Shown one piece after another: positions 24,366 to 31,702 of a stretch of 31,702 bases of DNA. Source of the stretch: an uncultured Gemmatimonadales bacterium (GTDB lineage Bacteria; Gemmatimonadota; Gemmatimonadetes; Gemmatimonadales; GWC2-71-9); the NCBI GenBank assembly GCA_963825055.1, contig CAWGSK010000033.1, forward strand, positions 1 through 31,702, written 5' to 3'. Position numbers and translations under genes: made by a program. The notes under the pieces were generated by a model. The model was not told the DNA's origin. It saw nothing but the letters and a program-made list of their open reading frames with translations, and searched no databases. Numbering within the stretch: position 1 is the first letter of the stretch; each line of letters opens with the position of its first letter.

Positions 24366-25817
24366 TCAGAGGTAGGGGGCCGCGAGGCGCGCGACTCCGT
24401 CGCGCAGCTTGACCGGCAGGCTCCGGCCGTCGACATCGGCGAGGGTGACTTCGCGGGCAGCGTCGCGCCGCTCGTCCACCAGCCTGGTGAGATCGGCCAG
24501 GAGCTCCTCGCCGTAGCACTCGATGTCGAACTCATAGTTCAGCCGGAGGCTCCTGGCGTCCCAGTTGGTTGAGCCGATGAACGCCCATGCTCCGTCCACG
24601 AGCATCAGCTTGGTGTGGTCGAACGGGGCTGGCGAATAGAGGACCCGGCAGCCCCGCCGCAGCAGCTGCCACAACTGGGCGGTGCTGGCCCACTGGACGA
24701 GCACCAGGTTGCTCTTTTCGGGCAGGATGATCTCGACCTGGACGCCGCGCATCGCGGTCACGTTCATTGCCGTGATCAGGCGGGCGTCCGGCACGAAGTA
24801 CGGTGTGACGATCCGGACGCTCGACTGGGCGCAGGCCAGCGCCCCGAGCAGGCAGTAGCGCGCCTTGTCGAAGTTGAGATCCGGGCCATCGGAGATGCCG
24901 CGGGCGATCACCTCGCCGACTTTTTCCAGGCGCGGATACCACCCCGGTCCCTCCAGTGTCTCGCGGGTGGTAAACTCCCAGTCGTCGAGGAATGTTGCGA
25001 CCAGTTGCGCCACTACCGGCCCTTCGACCCTGAAGTGGAGGTCGCGCACTGGCTTGCGCGGGTGCGTCGAAAAGAGGCTCCCTTCGCGGATGTTCATCCC
25101 GCCCGCAAACCCGATCCGGCCGTCCACCACCAGGATCTTGCGATGGTTGCGGAGGTTCATGTATGGCATCCGCCAGGGGAGGAACGTGCGCTCGAACCGG
25201 GCCACGGGGATCTTCCGGCGACGCAACGCGCGGATGATTGGCGGCCAGCTGTAGCGGGCCCCCACCGCGTCCACCAGGACGCGCACCTCCACCCCGCGGG
25301 CGACCGCGCGCTCGAGGGCATCCAGGAACATCGTCCCGGCGGTCCGGCTGTCGAAGATGTAGGTCGCCAGCCCCACGGTGTGTTCGGCCTCGTCAATGGC
25401 GGCTACCATGTCCGGATAGGCAATGTCCCCGCCCTCCAGTGGCCGGATGGCATTGCCGCTGGTGAGCGCGCGGCCCGACACGCGATCCACGAGGTGCGTC
25501 AGGGGAAGGAGGTGGGCGCGCTCGGCGGGGAGCCGGAATTCCTGCGGGCGGGTGATGGCGGTGGGTGCCACCAGCCGCTGGGCCGTACGCTCGTGGCCCC
25601 TGCGGCGGATCCGGTTGATCCCGAACATTACGTAGAGGATTGCACCAATGACCGGCGCCAGCCACACCAGGCCGACCCAGCCCACCGCGGAGCGGCTGTC
25701 ACTCTTCGTCAGGACGATATGACTCGAGGTGATGATGGACAGCAGGAGGGTGAGCGTGCCCGCGATATAGGGCCAGAGCTCGGACAGATGGACGAGTATC
25801 GCGGGTTCACCCTGCAT
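24366..25817 (-). CDS. cls: Cardiolipin synthase (PLD superfamily)
   Basis: Two HKD motifs, NHRKILVVDG..GGMN and HTKLMLVDG..GSTNWD.RS..LN.E; N-terminal two-TM PLDc_N region. Start uncertain, ATG 25817 preferred. Confidence 0.92.
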   Translation of the reverse strand: MQGEPAILVHLSELWPYIAGTLTLLLSIITSSHIVLTKSDSRSAVGWVGLVWLAPVIGAILYVMFGINRIRRRGHERTAQRLVAPTAITRPQEFRLPAERAHLLPLTHLVDRVSGRALTSGNAIRPLEGGDIAYPDMVAAIDEAEHTVGLATYIFDSRTAGTMFLDALERAVARGVEVRVLVDAVGARYSWPPIIRALRRRKIPVARFERTFLPWRMPYMNLRNHRKILVVDGRIGFAGGMNIREGSLFSTHPRKPVRDLHFRVEGPVVAQLVATFLDDWEFTTRETLEGPGWYPRLEKVGEVIARGISDGPDLNFDKARYCLLGALACAQSSVRIVTPYFVPDARLITAMNVTAMRGVQVEIILPEKSNLVLVQWASTAQLWQLLRRGCRVLYSPAPFDHTKLMLVDGAWAFIGSTNWDARSLRLNYEFDIECYGEELLADLTRLVDERRDAAREVTLADVDGRSLPVKLRDGVARLAAPYL

Positions 25818-26081
25818 GGATAAGAGAATAATGGGGGGCGAACGGAGCTGGTGGACAGGGGGGAGGGGGTGTCGAAGAACCGTACGGCCGCCCGGCAGGT
25901 CGAACGCCGGCAGGCCGGGATTCAAGATTTGATGCAGCAACCACTTCCGTCGAATAGCATGAAAGCGCCTGTCCGCGAATCTCCCACCTCCGAGGGGACG
26001 TGTTCAATACTTGTGAATAGCCTTGCGGCGGTTGGGGCCGCATATTGGTGTGCCGGGCACCCCCAGCCCGGATGATACCCG

Positions 26082-26744
26082 GTGTTTCCCATGATGCCCG
26101 TACCCAGCCAGATGTCCCTGCGGCGGATTCCACCCGCCCTGCAGCCGCGCCTTCGCGTTGCCTATGCCGGCGCATGGGAGGCGCTGGTGGAGACGCACAG
26201 CCTCCAGCTCGTGGATTTCGTGGAGGAATTCGCCGCACGTGTCCCGGTACTGGACGCGCTGGATCTCTACTTCCGGGCGGTGGCCGTTCCCGAGGCGATG
26301 CGCGAGTCCATACGGACACGAGCGCTGGTTCATCTCGACCTGGACAGCCTTCCCCCGACCACAGCGCTGCCTGAGGTGACGGGGTGGAAGCTGCTGCGGC
26401 TCGACCTGGTGCTCCGGACGGCGCGGTACCGCCGGGACTATCACGATCGCACCATGCAACTGGCCCGGCTCGTCGGGGCGCGGGCGTCGCAGGCGGTCAC
26501 CGACACCCACGTCCACAACGCGCTCCACTTTGCGCGGCTGCTGGGAGGGAGCTGGCCGGTGGAGCAGGCCATCGACCACTATGTACGGGAGTTCACCCTT
26601 CCGATGGCGACGGCGGCCGGTGTCTCGCAGCGGGCGCAGGCGGCGCTGGCGCATGAGCACCTCGAGGCGCAGGTACGCGAGCTGCCACTCCTGGAGCGTC
26701 CAGCCGTTCCCCTGCTCGGCCGCCCGGCCGAGCAGCGTTCCTGA
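26082..26744 (+). CDS. Hypothetical all-helical protein with an internal duplication
   Basis: 220-aa ORF with GC-rich third positions and two ~55-aa repeats. Start is GTG 26082 or ATG 26091/26094. Confidence 0.7.
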   Translation: MFPMMPVPSQMSLRRIPPALQPRLRVAYAGAWEALVETHSLQLVDFVEEFAARVPVLDALDLYFRAVAVPEAMRESIRTRALVHLDLDSLPPTTALPEVTGWKLLRLDLVLRTARYRRDYHDRTMQLARLVGARASQAVTDTHVHNALHFARLLGGSWPVEQAIDHYVREFTLPMATAAGVSQRAQAALAHEHLEAQVRELPLLERPAVPLLGRPAEQRS

Positions 26745-26771
26745 CACCAGGCCCGCTCCGGAAATTCCCGC

Positions 26772-27989
26772 TCAGGCAGTCCCGGTCGCCGCGTGCGATT
26801 CCGGGTCGGCCACCGCTTCCCCGCCCGGGTCGGGATCCGGCCTGACAAGGACAATCCGGTCCTCCAGTCGCCGGATCATGGCCGAGAAGCTCTTCGCGAC
26901 ACCACGATCGAACACCCCGCCGGCGCCATCCTCGATGTGCTGCACCGCCTGTTCCGGTGACCACGCCGGCCGATAGCTGCGCGGGGAGCGGAGCGCGTCG
27001 TAGGCGTCGCACACGGCCACGACCCGGCTCACGTAGTGTGCTTCATGGCCCGGCCGAAGCACGGGGTAGCCGGAGCCGTCCGGCCGCACATGGTGCTCGT
27101 AGGCGGCGGCCGCGACGAGGTCGAAGTCTTCCCCGCCCCGCATCAGCATCCGGGCTCCATCTTCGGGATGGCGCTCGATCCGCTGCCGCTCCTCCCGGGT
27201 CAGCGCCCCCGCCGTGAGGAGCTCCGGCGGCACCTGGGTCATGCCGATGTCGTGGAGGAGGCCTGCACGCCCGAAGGCGCGGATATCCGCACCACTCAGG
27301 CCCAGGGTTTCAGCCAGCGTCATGGCGAGGACGGAAACATTCACCGCGTGCATGACGACGTACTGGTCCATCCGCTGCAACTGGAGCAGCGGTGCCATCA
27401 GCTGCCCCTCGGCGTGCATGGCGACGGTCAGGGACCGCACCACACCCTCGACCTCCGGCCGAGGGAGGGCCCGTCCGGCGGCGGCCTCGGCAATGATCCA
27501 CTGGACGGTTTCCGCCTCGTCGCCAAGGCGGTAGGGCAGGGAGACGGTACCTGACTGGCGCCGGGTCACCGTGACGTCTTCATTCCGCAGGCGAACCGCC
27601 CCGCAGGCGATACCTGGCCAGGAGAGGGTGGCTTCGATCGGCTCGTGGGCAGTCAGGCGTGCGAGCAGGGTATCCAGGAAGGCGCCGAAGCCTTCGCGCT
27701 GAGCGGCAACCGAGAGCTCGATCCGCTGGATCCCTATCCGGGTGAGCCGACGCCCCCAGATCCAGTTGTGGAACCCGTGGAGCACGGCCTCGTCCATGAT
27801 GACGTCGCCTTCGAGGAAGGAGATCCGGACGGTGGGCAGGCTGCGCTGCAGCGTCGCCAGAGACTCGAACGCGGCATCCACCACATGCTCCCGTGCCGGA
27901 TGTCCCGGCGTGTACAGGAGCATGGCGGAGAGCGCCTGGGCGAACGAGTGAAGGAAGCGGGCCGGGGTGCCGACCGGGGCCGTGTTCAT
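26772..27989 (-). CDS. HD-GYP domain protein (putative cyclic-dinucleotide phosphodiesterase)
   Basis: GGAGG Shine-Dalgarno and ATGA overlap with the upstream gene; HAVNV, LLHDIG, HP..G, HHVRPDGSGYP, CDAYDAL, RSYR. Confidence 0.9.
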   Translation of the reverse strand: MNTAPVGTPARFLHSFAQALSAMLLYTPGHPAREHVVDAAFESLATLQRSLPTVRISFLEGDVIMDEAVLHGFHNWIWGRRLTRIGIQRIELSVAAQREGFGAFLDTLLARLTAHEPIEATLSWPGIACGAVRLRNEDVTVTRRQSGTVSLPYRLGDEAETVQWIIAEAAAGRALPRPEVEGVVRSLTVAMHAEGQLMAPLLQLQRMDQYVVMHAVNVSVLAMTLAETLGLSGADIRAFGRAGLLHDIGMTQVPPELLTAGALTREERQRIERHPEDGARMLMRGGEDFDLVAAAAYEHHVRPDGSGYPVLRPGHEAHYVSRVVAVCDAYDALRSPRSYRPAWSPEQAVQHIEDGAGGVFDRGVAKSFSAMIRRLEDRIVLVRPDPDPGGEAVADPESHAATGTA

Positions 27990-30052
27990 GGTCCCTCCAT
28001 GCCGGGCAACAGGACGCGGTCCGCGGGATTGATGCCGAGCTGCGTCTCGATGCTCGGTCGCTCGATCGCGTGGCGGACGGACGGATCACGGGTCTTCCCG
28101 GCGAGCGCGAGGGCGGGTGAGGCGGCTGGATGCCAGTACCAGTGTTCAGCGAGCGCTGACAGGGCGGCGACGCATTCGGGGGTGCGGGACCGCAGCCGGA
28201 GTCGCCGAAGGATCCGGGTCCGCGAGGTGGCAAGATCGAGGAGGCAATCGCAGACCGCCGGTTCGGGCCGTGCACTCACGGCCCGGATGGCGACCACCCG
28301 GAGATCGGGGTCGAAGGCGCCGGAACGGAGGCGGCCGAGGATGAGGTGCAGGACGGCAGGGGAACATCCCTCCGCGGCCGCAAGCAGGCCGAGGTGGCAT
28401 GTCTGCACGTCGTCGGAAACGATGGCGCCCGCGATGGCGCGGTCCCGGTGGCCGGGGTTTCGCAGGAGCAGCTTGAACGCCTCCTGGCGTACACGGGGGT
28501 GCACCTCAGGAAGCTGGATCCGGAGGCGCACCGTCTCGGGAATGTCTGGAAGCATGTTGAGCAACGTGAGCAGGTTCCGCTGCACGTACCACTCGGCGCC
28601 GGCAAACCGGGGAGCGATGAAAGGCCCCACCTCGTCACCGAACCCGGCGAGCAGGTCGAGCAGGCGGCGGCGGTCGGCGCGCTCGCTGGCGACCGCAAGC
28701 CCGTCCAGCAGGGGCTCGATGGCGCGCGCGCCTATCCGGGGGACCAGCCGGGTAATGGTTTCCCAGTCGGGGGGATCGTGTCTCAGCAGTATGCCGAGGG
28801 TCTCCATGCTCATGACCTGCCGTTCGATCTCCAGTGACGCCTCCCCGATTTCCGGCGATGCGTCAAGGAGGTCCAGGAGGTCGCCGGCCTGTCCCTGGCG
28901 GATCGTCCCGGCGATGGCGCGGACGGTGGCAGGCTCGACGCAGTCCATGGCGAGACTGAGGCGGAGGATGCGGAGCGGCTCACATGCGTACGCGCTGTCC
29001 GGCTCGCGGTCATCTCCCGTCTCGATCTTCCCGAGCGTCTCCTGGTAGAGTTCCGGCAGCGCCGACCCATCGCCGGCGGCCCATTCATCCAGCAGTTCCC
29101 GGAGCTGGTCGCGCAGGGCTGACCTGGCGATGGCGTGACACTCCCCGCTGCCGCTGTCACCGTGGACGGCCATCTTGTGCAGGAGCTGAAGCAGGGCGGG
29201 TGACATGCTCCGGCCGCGCGCCCGTGCCGCCGCCTGGGCCAGATCCACCACACTCTCCAGTGCCATGACCTGGGAGGCCTTGAGCAGGATCCGCCGGTGC
29301 CGGCTCCCGTCCGGCTTGTCCATGGAGAGCAGCCGGTCGAGCGTTTCGGGCGCGAGGGCCAGGATCATGCGGGATACCCGGCGCTGGAGCGCGAGGGTTT
29401 CGCTGTCACCGGTCCGGGTGCAGGTGTCGATCGCCGCCTCGACGCTGCTCATGAGCGCGCGGTCCCGGTCAGGGTCGGCGTCGCCGTCGTTGAAGGCCCG
29501 GGCCAGCTCTTCCGGCTCGGGGGGGGCCTCCCTGCCCCGGACGTCGCCGGTGGCGGCCCGTGCCAGCCCCTGCCAGACCTGCGCGTCCCAGCCCGGTAGC
29601 GCCCCGCCGGTGTCGGCGTCATCCATGAGGCGGAGGTGCTCGTAGTGGATCCCATGTATCGCGGCATGGGCCCATTCGCCCTCCGCCCGCTCGCCCTCCG
29701 ACAGCCGGGTCAGGACCGTGTTCAGTTCTTCGGGAGTGATACCGCGGTCGAGCCGGAGTCCGGCGATCTCGCGGCGATGGAGTCGTGCCGCGAAGTCGCG
29801 GAGGAAGCTGTTGCCCACGTCCGTGGGCTGACCGTCCACCAGGAGCTGGGTGGGCGTGACACCGAGGGTAATCGCGGGCTGCTCGAGGAGGAGGAGAGTC
29901 ACCCGCTCGTGGAGATCGTCGACAGCGCTGATGCGCGCCGGGTGGCCATCGGGATACATGGTCCATCGATGGAGCGTCCCGCCCAGCGCGAGGAGGAAAT
30001 CCGCAGCCTCACGGGAGAGCAGGGCCCTCTGGCTTGCAACCGGCTGAGACAA
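27986..30052 (-). CDS. HEAT-repeat-containing protein
   Basis: Probable TTG start at 30052 after GGAG (ORF-track ATG at 30094). C-terminal HEAT-like units WYVQRNLLTLL, HPRVRQEAFKLL, LRVVAIRAV, DPSVRHA. Confidence 0.8.
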   Translation of the reverse strand: MSQPVASQRALLSREAADFLLALGGTLHRWTMYPDGHPARISAVDDLHERVTLLLLEQPAITLGVTPTQLLVDGQPTDVGNSFLRDFAARLHRREIAGLRLDRGITPEELNTVLTRLSEGERAEGEWAHAAIHGIHYEHLRLMDDADTGGALPGWDAQVWQGLARAATGDVRGREAPPEPEELARAFNDGDADPDRDRALMSSVEAAIDTCTRTGDSETLALQRRVSRMILALAPETLDRLLSMDKPDGSRHRRILLKASQVMALESVVDLAQAAARARGRSMSPALLQLLHKMAVHGDSGSGECHAIARSALRDQLRELLDEWAAGDGSALPELYQETLGKIETGDDREPDSAYACEPLRILRLSLAMDCVEPATVRAIAGTIRQGQAGDLLDLLDASPEIGEASLEIERQVMSMETLGILLRHDPPDWETITRLVPRIGARAIEPLLDGLAVASERADRRRLLDLLAGFGDEVGPFIAPRFAGAEWYVQRNLLTLLNMLPDIPETVRLRIQLPEVHPRVRQEAFKLLLRNPGHRDRAIAGAIVSDDVQTCHLGLLAAAEGCSPAVLHLILGRLRSGAFDPDLRVVAIRAVSARPEPAVCDCLLDLATSRTRILRRLRLRSRTPECVAALSALAEHWYWHPAASPALALAGKTRDPSVRHAIERPSIETQLGINPADRVLLPGMEGP

Positions 30053-30162
30053 GTTGTTGCTCCGTCTAAAATAATGACATATCGTCACTTCCATTATGAA
30101 TCAGGCAACAAATATGCCTGTACACGGCGAAGTGCAATAAATTGCAGTCAGGTCGGTTGTGA

Positions 30163-30240
30163 GTCGGGCGGACGGGAGACCGGGCGGCTGGACGGACAAG
30201 GGCGGTCAGGTGGTCAGGGCGGTCGGGATGACAGGTAGAC
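30163..30240 (+). repeat. Degenerate 8-9 bp tandem repeat G(T/A)C(A/G)GGNG
   Basis: GTCGGGCG GACGGGAG ACCGGGCG GCTGGACG ... GTCAGGTG GTCAGGGCG GTCGGGAT GACAGGTA. Confidence 0.6.
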
Positions 30241-30331
30241 AGAAGTCAGGGACTCAACCACTCAACGACTCCTGATACCCGTTACCCATCACGAGGTTGC
30301 CCCCGCCCCGTCCCCCCTCCACCTTACCCCC

Positions 30332-30646
30332 ATGACTACGGAAACCACCTTGTCCGACGACGCCATCTTTGACATGGTCTCGGACATTTTCGAGCACCAG
30401 ATCAACCCGGGCGTCGCATCGCACGGTGGCAAGGTCGAGCTCATCGATGTCCAGGATGGGACGGTCTACCTGCGGATGATGGGCGGCTGCCAGGGGTGTG
30501 GCATGGCCAGCGTCACTTTGCGTCAGGGGATCGAGGCTTCACTCCGCCGCCGTATTCCGCAGCTGCGGGGCATTCGTGACATCACTGACCATGCCTCCGG
30601 GACTAACCCGTACTACGAGCCCGACCCCGGCACGGCCGCCGGCTGA
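30332..30646 (+). CDS. NifU family protein (stand-alone NifU C-terminal/Nfu domain, Fe-S carrier)
   Basis: INPGVASHGGKVELID..VYLRM.GGCQGCG...TLRQGIE..D.TDH..G.NPYY, including the CxxC motif. Confidence 0.92.
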   Translation: MTTETTLSDDAIFDMVSDIFEHQINPGVASHGGKVELIDVQDGTVYLRMMGGCQGCGMASVTLRQGIEASLRRRIPQLRGIRDITDHASGTNPYYEPDPGTAAG

Positions 30647-30993
30647 TCAATCCGATCTCCCCGGTTGCCGCCCATCCGGCTGGCCTTGCGCGGGTTTCCC
30701 GCGAGCTCGCCGAATGAATCCACGGTGACCTCGTGCTCCGGAATCCCCTCCCGTTCCCGATCTCGTCCTGCTGCATGCGGGCGGACTGCCGGGCGTAATT
30801 CTCCGGCGTGCGCTTCGTATCGCTCATTGATGGTCCGTTCCGTGCCAGGGTCCGGCACGGGCCGGCCCCCCTCATGGTGGCATGCGCGGGCTGCCGGCGC
30901 CGTTATGTGGCTTGCGCACCCGTGATTTGACTTTCCCTCCCGCCCTCGCCAATCTCGACGGCGGTCCCTCGCCTCCCGACACCCGGTCTTCGC

Positions 30994-31702
30994 ATGCAAC
31001 GCCTTTCGGCCGAACAGTCCCGTCTCGTTACCGGTTCGCTCGTGATCCTCGCGGCGACTGCGATCGCGACGGCGCTGGTCTTCACCCGGGTCGTCATGGT
31101 GCCGTTCGTCCTCGCCATCATGTTCACCTACCTGCTCGCGCCCCTCGTGGATGCGCTGCAGGACCGGCTCCGCTTCCCGCGTGCCGTTGCCGTCGCACTG
31201 GCGATCGTGATCGGTGTCGGCCTGCTGACCCTGCTCGGCCTGCTCATCACCGTGTCGACGTCCGGCCTGCTGCAGTCGGCCGATATCTACCGCGAACGGC
31301 TGGCGATCCTCACCGAGCGGGTGCAGGTGGCGGTGGCGGGGTGGGGGATACCGCTTGACCAGCAGCCGCTGTTCGACACGCTGCGCCGGCTTCCGATCGG
31401 GCGGCTGGTGCAGCAGGCGGCGGGCACGGTCCTGGGCCTGGTCACCAACGGCGTCCTGGTCCTGATTTTCCTGGCCTACCTGCTCGGCACCCGGCGGCCG
31501 CCGGCCCTGCGGCAGGGGATCTACCGTGACATGGACCGCGCCATCCAGCGGTACCTGGTGACGAAAGTCTCAACGTCGGCGCTCACCGGCGTCCTGGTGG
31601 GCCTGATCCTGAGTCTCTTCGGGCTTGACCTGGCGCTGGTATTCGGGATTCTCGCCTTCTTCCTCAATTTCATCCCGTCCCTCGGCTCTATCGTGGCAAC
31701 AC
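30994..31702 (+). CDS. AI-2E family transporter (partial, runs off the window)
   Basis: Not in the ORF track because no stop is reached. Reads MQRLSAEQSRLVTGSLVILAA..PFVLAIMFTYLLAPLVDAL..IQRYLVTK..SALTG..LALVFGILAFFLNFIPSLGSIVA, with multiple TM helices. Confidence 0.88.
   Translation, partial: MQRLSAEQSRLVTGSLVILAATAIATALVFTRVVMVPFVLAIMFTYLLAPLVDALQDRLRFPRAVAVALAIVIGVGLLTLLGLLITVSTSGLLQSADIYRERLAILTERVQVAVAGWGIPLDQQPLFDTLRRLPIGRLVQQAAGTVLGLVTNGVLVLIFLAYLLGTRRPPALRQGIYRDMDRAIQRYLVTKVSTSALTGVLVGLILSLFGLDLALVFGILAFFLNFIPSLGSIVAT

Noticed and set aside
1..31702. tRNA, rRNA, riboswitch, IS or prophage elements
   Set aside because: None was recognised by eye. A covariance-model (Rfam/tRNAscan) search would be needed to exclude small structured RNAs in the larger gaps.

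Overview
GC-rich (about two-thirds G+C by eye) bacterial chromosomal segment. Gene content and intergenic repeat style suggest Gemmatimonadota, but this is inference. It holds about 27 CDSs and no recognisable rRNA, tRNA, CRISPR array, transposase or integrase. Contents: a three-gene cluster of exported beta-propeller proteins (FG-GAP plus choice-of-anchor B, YVTN/YncE-like lipoprotein, FG-GAP/VCBS lipoprotein); two OmpA-family proteins; a UvrD/PcrA-type helicase with an inserted DEDDh 3'-5' exonuclease; an NmrA-like oxidoreductase; a tandem-PDZ protein; a coiled-coil lipoprotein; a tyrosine-decarboxylase-like PLP enzyme followed by VOC and EEP genes; a coupled epimerase/DHDPS-like pair; cardiolipin synthase; a coupled HEAT-repeat/HD-GYP pair; a NifU-domain protein; and a partial AI-2E transporter. 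The best leads are: (1) the HEAT and HD-GYP proteins share a homologous N-terminal 'YxxGHPAR' domain; (2) the helicase-exonuclease fusion; (3) dispersed heptamer repeat arrays with differing units in many intergenic gaps, some forming long hairpins or supplying stop codons; (4) regulatory signals, namely CRP/FNR-type boxes (one at exact class II spacing), probable leaderless starts and a recurring 25-bp motif. Family names come from motif recognition, not database searches. I found nothing that is demonstrably a new system.
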